A DNA stretch of 63,905 bases, filler included, from Phoronis australis (GCA_002633005.1; 7 parts of 7 records of this genome joined end to end with filler, not necessarily neighbours in it), one strand, 5' to 3'. Positions 1 to 13,240 are shown, counted from the whole stretch's first letter. Notes: generated from the letters alone by a model not told the origin. Numbers and translations are program-made.

Positions 1-560
1 CACTTTGGTAAATAATTAAAAAAACTAATAATAATAAAAAATGTTAATAATAATGAAAAATAATAAAAAACAAAAAATAATAAAATGACAATAACAAATA
101 ATAATAATTAAAATACTAATAATAAAATAATAACAATAAAGTTCTAATGATAATAATAAAAATAATAATAATAATAAAATAACAATAATAATAACAAAAT
201 TAAAAAAAAAAACTTTGGATCACTGTTGACATTTTATTCGACTTTCCATGAAAGATATGGAAATACTGTTCTCACCCTTGGAAATGTTGTTTGTTAGGCC
301 TTTTCAAGTACTTTGTCACCGGCCCTAACCCTACCATGTTTATCTACCCTTTTGACCTTTATACGTCCTTCCTAAGGAACACTTAAAAATGTATATACTT
401 TACCACCGCACGAAAAAAAAATCAATAAAAAATTTAAAAAACCAACATATAATACAACTAATAAACAAACTAAAACGTACACTAAAACATTGCTACAAAT
501 TAAATAAATAATAATTGAAAAATAAACTAATAAAATAAAAAATAATAACAACAAAACGTG
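1..560. repeat. AAT/AAAT-rich low-complexity tracts
   Basis: Degenerate (AAT)n/(AAAT)n runs at 1-210 and 410-560; a similar tract at ~1790-1945. Confidence 0.8.
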
Positions 561-2633
561 TTAAACATTTTAAAACACTCGTGTCAATAATTACTATCAC
601 ATAATTCTTCACATTTCGTTCTCTCGGCATAATTTGAACCTATTCCAACCGCACTTACCGTTAATGCGTAAACTTTTGTTTTCGTCTACCATTGTGGTTG
701 GGTATTACCCACCAGGACGATATTCGAATAGTCGGCTACTGTAGTTGCCAGACAGGCGGACGTTAAGATCGATGAGATCTCGTCTCACATGCCTGCTAAG
801 TTGTCCACTGCCCAGGCGCGTACAACTTAGTCGTACGAAATCTGCGCTCGAGTTCCTCCAGAGCGAGGGCATGACCGGCTTAAGCTGTTTCCTTTAATTT
901 TACTAGTTCATTTCGGTGTAATTAGGTCTAAGCCAGTCACTCTAACAGTTGGCCTTACCCCCTGAAGTAGGGTCGCTTTCATTTCCAACCCAGGATCCAC
1001 TACACCCGGGCTATTAGTAGGCCTAAACAGTATCCATGTCAATGCGCCAAGTTTTTGAAAACGCGTCACTGTCACACTAGTGGGTTACATCCGCCCGTTT
1101 AGGCGTATAAATCATTTCACATTACCAGTTATGTCGGACTTATTTTAACCTAAGATTTTTATTTACGATTTCAAAATCTTGTAACCTTTCATTTTGTTGA
1201 CCTATATTGCACCAAATGTGCCTAACCTATTTCCTAAAATTTCGTCACCAAAGCACACTGGGATCACACAAGCCCAAGTTCAGTTGCAGTGCGCATTGAC
1301 CCAGATTTCATGGTAATGGGCCAGCCTGTGGTTTCACTCTCATGTAAGTACACAATAACTTGTTGCATAGTGCTGATGACCTCGTGCCAGCAATGGAACT
1401 TTCTAGACTGTGACTTTCATGATACCAGAACCCTAGGCTTAATTGCATTTACTGACTAGTTGTGCCCACCTTTTCCCGACATCGACAGCACAGATGTCAT
1501 TTGTTCTTTTGCTTAGCTCTATGATATTCGATGAACACAATGATAGGGTCCTAGGCCTTTACTGCCAATCATATTTTGTAGACCAAGTTGCTTCCTGATT
1601 TGTGTACTTGGTATTGTCTATTTTATACGACTTGGAGTATCATTATTCCTGAGAGCCTGTTGCTGCTCTGCTCTCTCGTAAAGTTGTTTTCTGTAGGATT
1701 TGAATAGATATTTTGTTATTCTTAGACATATAGTAGACATCCACGTTTCCGTATGAAGATCTGTCTGTGGCAGATAGCTTGATACATGGTTTTAATTAAA
1801 ACGATTAAAAAAACTAAATAACAAATATAAAAAACTAAATTAAAATATATATTTAAAAAGTAAGTAAGTAATATTTAAAAATGAATAAAAATAAATAAAT
1901 AAAAATGTTAAAAAAACTAAATAATTTTTTTTTATGAAAAAAACTACAATCTTTCTGTTCTCAGTACAATTTTGCAGCGAGTTTCCTTAACAGCACATGC
2001 TTCCGTGTGAGGTTACTCCCCACCAATTGTAACAAAGGCTTACCTCTTCTGGTACGCAAGTTAATTGTTCCACCGCAGTGCCAACACCTTCGCACATAGG
2101 AACCTGAACGCCAGTACTCTTCGGCTGCTCTACCCTAGCTCATATATGTACATCATGCATTAGATTCGTAATAATTGGGGGGGCACTAAACTTGAGGTAC
2201 TAAAGTGTGCCCTAAACCGGCTGAATTTCGCCAGGATTTGCCGCGATATGAGTGAGGGTTAGTTGGCCTTTGGGGGCGGCTTGGACCCGGGGAAAGCCCG
2301 GCCGGGAGCGTAGAGTGATCCTGTGCCATGCGATACTCGGGTGGGAACCACCGCAGGTCCTCTAAGTAGGTTTGTGCTTGCACCGTTATGTGGTGCAATT
2401 TCCCTTGTAGTTAAGGCATAGCAGTTTCTGTTAGGTGAGTGTGGTATGGGGGTCAGTAGAGGTGCCTGTAATGTATAGCAACCAAAACTCCGGCTCTCTC
2501 GGCAACCAGGGTGTGGCTGGGCTTCGAACGTGGCGGGAGCGGCACAGCACACCGTGAGGTATCCAATCAGTCCTCGTGTGCCGTGCCCCAAGTCTANNNN
2601 NNNNNNNNNNNNNNNNNNNNNNNNNNNNNNNNN

Positions 2634-2923
2634 GTTCTCTGGCTCGTATTTATTTTCGAGTACGATTTCAAGCACACTGCCATACCAAACTTGAAATTTT
2701 AGCATAGACTCCAAATTTTTACTCAAAATCGTACTCGAAATATAGATGAGATACACTTCAGTTCGAGTCCACTCGAAAACTGAGTATGTGCTTGAAATTT
2801 CGAGTACAGATTTTTCTAGTATGACATTGAATACACCAAAGCTGAGTCTGTACTCGAGTTGAGTATGAAGTGCGAGTTTGAGCATGATTCGAGTCTGAGT
2901 ACGGAGATTGGAGACCGGCCCCC
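2634..2923. mobile_element. End of a non-autonomous DNA element rich in CTCGAG/TTCGAG subrepeats
   Basis: Many TCGAG/CTCGA words ending in GATTGGAGACCGGCCCC; a similar terminus (GATTAGAGACCGGGCCC) recurs at 37525-37581 and a related tract at ~47655-47740. Confidence 0.45.
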
Positions 2924-3859
2924 GATGTCAGTTGATTCGAGGCGCGTAAAGTTTCATGGTCCTACGAATAGTGTACAACGTGTGTCCACACAGAAACCTA
3001 TTACAATTAAAGTCATATGATTCGATTTTAAAACAGTGTGAATCTGCGTAAAAAACATTCAAACATACTCTTTGTAACTCAATAGAACACTAGGTAAGTA
3101 TGAGGTCGATCTACTGTCTGTACACATGTATTCTGCGCGATCAAAACTGCTTCGAAGAAGAGAAATTCGTCTTAGATAAGTAATTTATTGGATTACTGAT
3201 CGTTTTGATGACATGACGATATTGTTCCCCGTACGAGCTGAACAGTCTAACTATTACCTTTAGAATTAGATGAAATCATTACCTGGGGAAATTATATATT
3301 GTATTTTATAGTAAACGTTGGGCTCGAATATTGATAAAGATTGACCAGGTTACTTATCAGGTGACTGAGTACTTTAGCTTTGTATTATCGGTGGTATGAT
3401 CTCGCTTTTATCTTAAGTACACTTCTCGGAATTCGAGTAAGCGATCAGGCCCTTCCAGACATACTTTGTCACGAACACAAGTTTACAGGGCAAAACGAGT
3501 GCTTCCAAAATATCAGATATCCTTGAATGTTGGCTTTTATCTGACATCTAGCGTCAGCATTCACAAGTTAACACAGAAAAGTAGGTCTAAACAGTTTTTA
3601 GTAGAAAATCTGGCTACAGGGGGATAAAATAATTTTGAAAACGAACATGTAAAAGCCTTGGTCTACGCGCGTTTTTGTAAAAAAATCAACGTGTGGGGGT
3701 AGCTGGTGAACGGTCGTGGGGGTAATACGTCGTCGGAATCACGGACACTGAATATTGGGACGCTCTATTTTCAAAGTCCTGGATGAATCCCCTACCACAA
3801 ATTGAACATATTTAAACAAGACAAGTTCAAATACTTTAAACGGAACACAGTGACAACTT

Positions 3860-5345
3860 TTTCCAGATATTTATTATCATTGATAAACAAGTACAAAACA
3901 AACAAACAAACAATTATATCCCTTCATTCACGCGTGCACGCCTTTGAGGAGACACTTCTCGTATCTCGTATAAATTAAACAACTGCTACATGGCGTTAAC
4001 GTACGTAAAAAATAACATTTTCCCATTTCCCAAAGAAGCTGTCGAATACAAAATTTTGATTTACAATTAATTTTTCAGCATTATAGTACTCATACATCTA
4101 ATTATGTATAACAAACCTGTGAATATGAGGTATGTTTTATGACAGCTCTTGCAAATGTACTATTTGGGTAATAATAGCATATTGTTAAATACAAAATCAT
4201 ATGTCTCGTTAAGCCCACTAGACTAAAACGTTTGCAAGAGGAAAGATGAATGAGGCACTTTTGAAGTAAATTTATAAATTCCTACAAAAAATCTTGAACA
4301 GAGAGGTATTCCTAAAAGTGCGACCGCTTCGCTAGAAACTCATTACAAAAGGAAGAAAAATTAGAAACCCTAACTTGGATTTTGACTAAAGAAGTATTAG
4401 TTGCAATAATTCTGAGAAGTATTTTAAATTGGAAACATCTAATGTTGGGATCCTTTGTAATTTCATAAGGCAAAGGATATAATTTCTTCCAATCTAAACT
4501 AACTCCTAACTCTGTTTTCCATTTACACAATGACTTAGAAAGTTTCTTAATGTCGTTAAAGATAGAACAAATATGTCTACAACCATTAACATCTTTCCGT
4601 GAGTAATTGCTAAAAGCATAGAGGGAGAATAGACGTTGATACTTTAACATTTACTTTGAAATAGACTTTTTGAAACCATTTTAGAACAGAAACAACACCC
4701 TTATCTTCTACAAAAACTGGTTTTTACATCAAACCCATTTATCATATGGTCTAAATTAACAAAATTGCCACCAGAGGTATACTGTACGCATCTCTAATAA
4801 ATCTTAAGCGTTTTACACACCAAGACTTTTACAAAAAACTTGTGTCCCCGATCCCAAGTTACTATTAAACCACAAAGCTTGGTTCAAAAAGACCTCTTTA
4901 CTTGTAACAATTCCTTTCTTATAGAAAGATGTCATACTTCCAAACACGTAGCGCCAGAAGGAATAATCAATTAGAGTTAACTTCGACTGAATGAAGCAAA
5001 ACTATCTCAGAACGGGTAGAGCGAGTATATTAGATGACCACTTTGAGACTTTCAAGACATATTCGGGCCATGGCGAGTTTTAAAGTTTTGTTGAAAGTAT
5101 GCCTTTTAACCATTTGAAGTCCCCCTTTATCTAGTCTTTAACAGGCAGCATTTCATTTAATTTTATTATTACGAGTCTGCTATACAAATCTAAAGAGTAT
5201 CGTATTCAATTCATGCAAGACTTTTACTGGTGGATTTGGTAAACTTGACAAGAAAAATGAGTTTAGAAATAGCTATCACTTAAATTGCAGTTACTCTACC
5301 AAACAGCACTAAATTTCGTTGACTCCAACTCCAATCTTACAGTGA
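3860..5345 (-). mobile_element. Degenerate L1/Tx1-like LINE, 3' part (post-RT region, zf-RVT-like)
   Basis: ORF 4312-4650 reads LDWKKLYPLPYEITKDPNIRCFQFKILLRIIATN...FC; upstream relic RVTAI*VIAISKLIFL; AATAAA on the minus strand near 3871; many stops and frameshifts. Confidence 0.65.
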
Positions 5346-5574
5346 AGTTTACATGCGTCGTACTATACAACTGAGTATCAAAATCCACCCTGAAAACCTA
5401 AAAGAGTTTGTGCCCAAGACCGACTTTGATTTGGAGGAACACGTCATCACTATCAGTGTTACTTCCAACCGTGTAGTATTTGTTTCATCCACTTGGAGGC
5501 CGAGACACTTGCAAAATGTAGCCAATGTGCTAGTTAATGACAAATTCAAACCATCCAATTGATGTGTCGACCGC

Positions 5575-5733
5575 ACTGACCGTCAACCACTGGCTTACAT
5601 TCAAAAAAGTAAGTTAATCAATGGAGGCATCATAATTAGGTGGGTCTTGTTTTCGCAAAACAAACGATTTAAAGCTGAAGCTATCAAAGGCTCAGAAAAT
5701 GTTGGTGCTGATTACCTGAGTAGGTTAGAGTAA
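5575..5733 (+). mobile_element. Gypsy-type RNase H C-terminus ending pol (Gmr1-like domain order)
   Basis: Translates TDRQPLAYIQKSKLINGGIIIRWVLFSQNKRFKAEAIKGSENVGADYLSRLE*, matching the Gypsy TDH.PL...RW...IKG..N..AD.LSR motif, followed directly by a stop. Confidence 0.75.
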
Positions 5734-5820
5734 TGAAGATTCTTGGACATTGGGTAATAGATCTAAGTGTTAATCACTATTTAAGTCTTCCATTATGAGA
5801 AAACCTTAAGAATTATTTTT

Positions 5821-6660
5821 TGTGGAGGGGCTTATTTGCCAGAATAAATATTGATTAAGTAATTAGTAAGAATTGAACCATTTTAAGTTGCCCAAAGTTA
5901 TGTGCTTAAGTAATTCATGGGGTCAAACTTGTTGACATGTGCCTTAACGTCAAAACGTATTTTTAGATGGTGTTTACAACTTTGGTTCTGTGGTCAAAGC
6001 AATCTAAAGATTCTGGAAATTTCTGAGAACAAATTGTAACAGCCAATAATAATATTGGATATGATCATGTGATTTTTATTAGCCAATAACTAAATAAGTA
6101 TCATGTTATAATATGGGCTAAAATCCAGAAGATATTCAGATGAGCTATAGTAGTCGAAGCACAGAGACTTGCTACAGTGTACAGAGGAAATTGTACAACA
6201 CAGCCATCTCTTGGAAGATTCTGGAGAAGATCAAGGGTTAACGAACAGGAAGTTAACTAAAAGCTTGTCATTTGCATCGTGGGTAGAAAGATGCTGCCAG
6301 AAGTGTTGCGTCACCAGAGACTGTGACCAGCAAGAAGAATCGTGGGTAGAAGAAACTGTCTGCAAATGTTGCGTCACCAGCAAGTACAATGTCGCAATAC
6401 AGTTTGTGTAGTTCAAAGATTCATCAACAGGACTGTCATCCTATAAGTGGAGAGTACTTCAGCTTGGATAGCAGATAAGACGTTTGATTCTTTTGGTTGA
6501 TTGGTTGAAGTAATCTTTAATAGATGGCGCTAGCTGAGTTACTCCTTTTGAAGTTTGTTACTTAACAACAGGTTTCCCTTGACTAATTAGTGGTTACCAT
6601 ATAATAAATTAATTACTGGATTTAATCATTCTCTCTCCATCTACCACACGTTCAAAGCAT
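5821..6660 (+). mobile_element. Polypurine tract and probable 3' LTR of the Gypsy element
   Basis: GGAGGGG purine tract (~5824-5830) then TG at 5837; internal duplication at ~6277 and ~6339; AATAAA near 6603; right boundary approximate. Confidence 0.5.
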
Positions 6661-6662
6661 AG

Positions 6663-6960
6663 CTACCTTTTAACAAACCCACAGCCAATCTCTGACACCA
6701 AAATTAATTTATTTCCATTCCAGTCGTGCCTAATGTTATAGCTACTCCTCTTGAGTTTGAGGTTTTTGAATTGAATAAAAACATTCATATAACCACATTG
6801 ATCAAATACTGTTTTCTTCTCTCTTAGTAAAGACTGTGTACTGTAGGCAATGGAGTACTGTTTTTCTCCTAAACATTTGAGAACATCCTTTCGTTTTTCA
6901 TAAAGACCCAGCCCTCTGCAATTCAATGAGGTTATTTTAAGTTCACCTGTCATGACTATA
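6663..6960 (-). mobile_element. L1/Tx1-like ORF2 endonuclease N-terminus (relic)
   Basis: MTGELKITSLNCRGLGLYEKRKDVLKCL matches the APE motif I (SLN.RGL); likely the same LINE as 3860-5345, split by the Gypsy insertion. Confidence 0.7.
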
Positions 6961-7828
6961 AAAATTATGCACCTGTACCAAATTACAATCAAATATCGAA
7001 AGACATAGTGGTACAATCCTGACCTATTCACAACACAGACATACAAAAAAAAATTAAAACAGTGATACCTTTTTCTGGCTACGATTGCGGGTTGTGTGTT
7101 GAATAAAGTGTGAAATGTCTCTCCATGACATACCAAAGGAATATAATGGAACAATACCTCAAGGTTTCTTCAGACGATTTGTTTCTATGACCAGTCTGGG
7201 ATTCCTCCGAAAAAGTTAAATATATAAGAGGTTCGTCTAAACCACGCGTTCCTAAAGTAGAGATGACGAGGAAGGGGTTAAATACTGCTATTTGACTCAT
7301 TTTACCAGGAACAATCACAATATTTTAAAATGTACTTTGAGTCAATTTATCTTACCTCTAAGCTTAAAACAATTTTGATTGACCAGTAGGTAAAATTTCT
7401 AACTCATGTAGGATCATTCTAACCAGACACCAACTTAAAGAAATTTAGAAAATAACATTGGAGCCTAATCTGTGTGTTTGATAAAAAAGTCGAAAATTAA
7501 GCATTTCCATGACATGAGCAAACTTACAGATCATGCGACTTAATTGGCTACTTTTCTGAGGTTGTGGGTTCCAGTAATGTGCTTCAACCTTGAAGGCTGC
7601 AAGTAACCATTTTCTCCTAACCTGCACAGTCTAAAATAGAAATACAGAGAAAAGTGGCTATCAATAATTGAATAACATTCCGTTTGGCACGCCTACTCTT
7701 TTGAAACTTAACAAATCAAAAGAGATCAACTTACAGTTGCAGGGACATGTGTAGTTGCTCAGTATTCTCATCAATCGAAAAAGTAAAGCAAAACTAATTA
7801 GATATTCTGAAGTATAACCATGTAGACC

Positions 7829-7985
7829 AGGCGTGCGTTCAGTAACGCTAGGACCTACGCTAAGACTTAGCTAAAATCTAGCCAAAGTCGTCACGTGATT
7901 TCATTTGAAATGCACATCAATATATTACGTAATCTCGCGAAGTCTTGTTTATTTGCGAGGTCCTAGCGTTACTGAACGGAAGGCA
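7829..7985. mobile_element. ~150-bp MITE with a 21-bp perfect inverted repeat
   Basis: CGTTCAGTAACGCTAGGACCT (7836-7856) and AGGTCCTAGCGTTACTGAACG (7958-7978); related copies at ~20210-20335, ~27865-28015 and, degenerate, ~36125-36235. Confidence 0.75.
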
Positions 7986-8896
7986 GGACTTGCCATTAAT
8001 TTTACTCACTGTGACCAAAAGGTGGATTAGCTTTCTAATAAACCTACAGGCATGACCAGGTGAGGGAGAGTGGGCAGCTTGTCAATAACACGTCCTACAA
8101 ACTACTGACCTCTCCCTCAGGACAATGCTTTACACCAACTGCTGCACTGTTTTTATTTGTTGAAACATAACACTTGCAAGTATAAATTACTAATTTGGGC
8201 CAGCGTGCATTACCATTAGATAGTATTAGAAGTGGGAGTAATTCTATGACAACAAATCGCGGGACAAAAACTGAACACCTCATCAAATCGCCTCTCTTCA
8301 AAATCATTCCGGTCTAATGTAAGCACACTGAGGTCTCTTACCCAGTAAGTGCATTAAGCATGTATAGGAGTACCTGAACATTTTACAAACAGCACACTTA
8401 CTTGTCTAACGAAAGCTTTGGAAAATCTTCACGAGTTTGAACATTCAACCTTGTTCTCATTGTTCCACACCTTTCAAGCGAGTCGCTTAGGTACAAGGTT
8501 TGTTGCCAATGCCTCATTTTGTACAAATTCGTTTTTTTCCGAATCTCGTAGAGTAGGACGAACGTGTCTCGCCTTCGGCTGCACACTACGAGTCTTCGCC
8601 ATTTGAATTTCTGTTGAACTCTGTGGCTCTGCATGAGTTGTTGTAATATCTTTTGTCTTTTAATCCATTTTGATCCTTGTAAACATTCCATAAGTTCGTA
8701 GTATTTAAATGAATTTTCTCGTTTTTTGGCACTTGTTCAAAGTTAATAATTTTTTGAACTTTACGTCATTGCACAAAAAACGAGTTAAGAGTTTTTTTAT
8801 ATAACTCGCACCATAGACCTTTAATTGGAGAATTGGAAACATAATTGTTTGTCGCAGAAACGAAACAGATTACAACAGTATTTCTAGACATGTTAC

Positions 8897-9144
8897 CCTC
8901 ACAGCCTTACATGTTTCACAAGTGCACGTCTTCACGCAGTTTTTTTCCATGAAGTTATTCCCACAATGACCACCTGCTGACCACTCTTTGCATTTGCGGT
9001 CAGGGTTACGCTGGTCCTTCGACTGTCGAAGATTGGTTAGATGGGAGCAGTCCTTGCTGGCACGCCCATTCACGACGCTTAAACGCGTTGTTGTATGCGG
9101 CTGCATCGACGTGCTTATCGCCAGCTTTGAGAGCAGGGTTCTGT
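8897..9144 (-). CDS. Possible exon encoding an ShKT-like cysteine-rich domain
   Basis: KDQRNPDRKCKEWSAGGHCGNNFMEKNCVKTCTC fits the ShKT pattern C..W...G.C...FM...C.KTC.C; AG acceptor at 9146-9145 and GT donors at 8902 or 8896. The first ShK Cys is not at the expected place. Confidence 0.5.
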
Positions 9145-9836
9145 CTAATGTGTAAAATATCAAAATGAGTCACATATCTAGAAGTTTTTGATGACAATGA
9201 AAATCCCAACAGAAGACAGCAAGCAACTGTAAAAATTGAAGGAATTCAATAGTTATGCACCCTCGGCAAAATAGTCAAATGCAACAGAAGCAATGACTTC
9301 ATCAAACACCCACTTCAGTAAACACCATTTTCCTAGCTTACGCTAGCAGACTAAGGTCTAGAACATACTTCTGCAACACTTTACTTTTTAGTCACGTGTT
9401 TTGGGGTATTCTTGTTGCGAATTCTTTTTTCTCGCAAGTATAAAGTCGTTTAGTTCTGCTGTAAACTCGCCTTAAGACATGACTCGAGCGCGTAAGCAGT
9501 CACGCTCGAGCTGAACATTACCAGTTGGCCTCCGCCAAACCGTCTTGAAATACCAAAGTACACCAGAAATGTCTTTACAGTGATTGAATACACGCATTAG
9601 GGCTGAAAGTCTATTTGATGATGTCAGTGAAGGAGTATCCTTACTGAAAATGACTAGACTTACATGTACAGAGACGGGGCAATTCAACGACTAGGATGTC
9701 AAAACGCCTTAGAAAAAGGACAAGTTTGTTGATTCACAAATATAAAATTACATGTAGTAATCTGCATCACCACGTACTGGAGTCATAGGATGGTATGGTT
9801 CTGGAACCCTGCAGTCTTCCTGTTGAGGTGTATAAT

Positions 9837-11150
9837 AACAAAAGCAACACGAGCGTCGATATGCACCCACCACGTGCTTTACAAAGATCACAAATACGAG
9901 AGCAATGCTTTTAAACTTAAAATAGCCTCAGCATAACAAGTCAGGAATGTCCTTTCTATAGGAATGCGCTTGCCAAGATCGTAAAAATTAAAACTGGCCC
10001 TGGGAAGCACAGAGGCACATGTCTAGTCAAATACGTCCAAATGTTTTTGTCATCCATTGTCAGGTTCACGGATATACAAGTGCCAAATTTCACAAAGATC
10101 CTGCAAGGCTTTAGAAAAACTGTTGCANGTGTTATCGCCTCCTTTAAGAGAAACCTTTTCCCTAAATTTCGTTAAAAAAGTCGGAAAAAGAGAAGAACTA
10201 ACGTTAGGGGTCGCAGCGGTAGTCGGGTCAGTCAGAAAGTCGTCATCGTACGATGGCAAGCTCCCTACAAATGAACCGCCCAAATATAACAAAAATCTTG
10301 CAAAAGGTTTAGGAGAAAGTGCCACGGACGGAAAAGGGAAAAAATGCCCGCTGAGGGTGCTACAGTAGTCGCAGTTCCCCTCTTCCCAGTAGGCATATTA
10401 ACGTAACCATCCTTTAAATGGTTTAGGTGATAGAGAAGCGAACACAAAAACACACCCAAAGTATTAAATGCCAACACTAGGATGCGTGGACTACGCCAAA
10501 TACATTTGAAAACAGGAAGACGTAATAGTAAATTTAATCCAAATTTCATAAAATCCGACAAGGAAATTTAAAGTGAAAGAGGAAAACTAAAAGTGACTTT
10601 ATGGGGCAAAACGGTAGTCGAATTCATCCTAGATTTCCGTCGTCCGTTTTAAACTTCACAAAAACACTTGGCCAATTTGATAAAGATCCTACAGGGAATT
10701 TTGGATAAAGAGCCATGGACACAAAAAACGAAAGTGTCACCAGAAAGCACAGTAGTCGAAGCCGTCCATAATCAAATTCCGGTGTCCTATTCAAAGAAGA
10801 ACATGTATCCCAATTTTCATAATCATCCTTTTTACATGTATGTCCTTTTTGGTGGACGGGCGGAGGTCAGAAATAGACTGACACTAAACATGGCCACTAA
10901 GTGACGCAAAATACCTCAAATCCGTTCGAAAACGGGAAGGTGATGTCTTATTAATACACAACTGTATGCTAAATTTGATGAAAATAAATAAAAGAACACA
11001 TCGACAAGCTCGTATGAAAATATTGTCCATCCATCTTAGGGAGATACACCAGCGGACGCCCGACACCGGTCAGACGAGGTACTGAAGTCGGACAGAGGGA
11101 GAAGGTTGGCGACATGTTCAACATTTATTTCATTTACTCTTGTGCGCTTC
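9837..11150 (-). mobile_element. Old, diverged full-length copy of the Helentron-type HINE
   Basis: Minus-strand 3' end GGTGGGTGCATATCGACGCTCGTGTTGCTTTTGTT resembles TGTGGGCGCATTTCAACGCTCTGCGTTGCTCTTGTT of the 44968 copy; internal monomers (e.g. CCTTCCCGTTTTCGAACGGATTTG...GCGTCACTTAGTGGCC) and the 5' CTCTGTCCG...GGCGTCCGCTG region are recognisable. Confidence 0.75.
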
Positions 11151-13173
11151 TGATAGGAAATGTGATGGACGAATACAGACTTTATTAACATTGGTTTCCT
11201 CAATTTTTTCTGTTTTTAAACATGTGTGCATGGGGACTTTTGGAATCAAAGTCAGGTTATTCGAAAATTGAGAACAACGGAATAAAGTTAGTTCAGAATA
11301 GTAACCTCGTCGTATTTAGCAAAGCATACTGTTTTTTCAAACTTCATTGAAACCCTCAATCAAATCTCCAACCGTCATCTTTTTTCATTAAAATGCTGGA
11401 CAGCGGTTCCCGTAGCTACATGTATGAAAGCAGGGCAAACTGGAAAGTTGCATTCACCACGCTGGTAATCTCCTGAACGCTTGTCCCAATTTCTCAAAAA
11501 TCCGATCGAGCATACATGCACGTACAAATGTACAACCGGATAACATACATGTACACTGTAAGTACTAGAGATTCTACATTAACTAATCTACCTGAAAATT
11601 TACTGGTCCCGGCTAAATGCATTCACATACCAATACGTCAGGTTTCAACGAAATCCTGGAATTTTCTGTTAATATGTCACAAAGGAACGCCATCCCCAGA
11701 ATGCTGAAATGCCTCTAAATGAAACCCAAGCGGTCAAATTTACGGGAATGCTGCAGTAGCCGATTGCATCCGAAAATCCACTCGGTAATGGCAAATCAAT
11801 CGTTTTTAGTGAAAAATCACTCGGAAATGTACACCTCCAAAATTACTGATAGCGCAGCAAGGGTAACTTGCATAATCTGATAACAGTCACTGCCTAAGAG
11901 ATACTAAATACCCTTGAATGAAATTTCATCAACATCCCCACGACCAAGAGCGACGACTGAATAACGGGACTTCGCATAGAATGACGACAAAAGATAGACA
12001 TTGATGGTTGATATCTTCGTCGACTGAGGGCTAACAATATACAATGTACATGTTTCAATGCGTAATGATAGCGAAAAGTCGCCCTAGTTTTCAAATTTGA
12101 AAGACATGTATGTGCTCAAAGCATAAAATGACAATTTTTATAAAAGTGCATAACTGATAAAACACCACTTAAAAGTTTTCACTCATCCAGGATTCAGAAA
12201 AGATTTTTGTTTGTTGAAAAAAAGACATTGAAACGCGAAAGGATATCACAAATGTTAATTACACTCGACACAAACCTATATCTCCGTTGCACAGCCGGCA
12301 GGTTTTGGCACAACGCTTTTCCATCCATTTTCGTAAAACCGCTGATGCCAAATTGCAGCTCCCCTTCGCAGCTTCTTGACGACACTGAGTTTGGTCGACA
12401 TCATAACCTCAGATGCAATAAAAAGCATGATTCAGCTACACAAAATAAGCAAAGAATGTCACAAGTGTTGCAATGTACNTCGAAGAGCTATCAACAACAC
12501 CACTATGCATTGGTATTCTATTCAGTATACTGTCTACATGGTGAGAAAGCTTTAATAGCACGTCAGTGTTGAGCACTAGAGATTTGATGTTGCGAAAGGC
12601 ATCTGTCTGGATAGCCCTCGTTTTGTATAGAAGAGGTGGACGTAGTTAAATTACGAAATAAAATGTGGTTGAGGTTGGAAGCAGTCTTTAAAAGCCACAA
12701 AAATGCAGGCTATGAGACAAATTGTCCCTACTTTGCACTGAATACTCACAATAGATGGTTTCACTTTGGATAAACGCAGATTTGTAGAATGTCACCAATA
12801 TTTGCAGTCGCATATTGTTATTTGTGTTGAATCATCTCTCATAGGTTTAAGTCTGTTGCACTAAATGACTTTCTTAGCTAGTTCTTGAGCAGGCTAGTAA
12901 CAGCACAGTTGACACATGCAGGAACACAGCTCACAGAGCTGTAAACATTCTAACAAACTCATGCTAACAGTCACAAGGGTTGTTGCTTAATGCAACGCCA
13001 ACTCGCCAAATGCGATCTAACATTCCCATTCCACGAGCTGTGTTGGTTAGTGGTTGGTTTAGTCTGTTCTCTTTAGAAAACGAATATATATATCCATGTG
13101 GTTGAGAGTGCAGTGTCTATAACAGAAAGCGTTTGCTATAATGGTTCATCTTGTATTGCTCTGTTGTTCTTAG

Positions 13174-13240
13174 GAGGAGCACGTATAATCACCTAAGTAG
13201 CTGGTTGACAGACGCTAGGAATTTAACAAATCCCAACACG
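13174..13240 (+). CDS. RAB14: Ras-related protein Rab-14, internal exon
   Basis: ttag|G AGG AGC...AAC ACG|gtaagt encodes [22 protein letters not shown], identical to the Rab14 segment as I recall it; phase 2 to 0. Confidence 0.9.

Noticed and set aside
10050-11066. Several 60-100 aa ORFs on both strands
   Set aside because: They fall inside the decayed non-coding HINE copy.
12450-12850. Possible very old Gypsy RT relic on the minus strand
   Set aside because: Only faint motif echoes (KSAFIQSETIY, QTDAFRNIKSLVL); too weak to call without a search.
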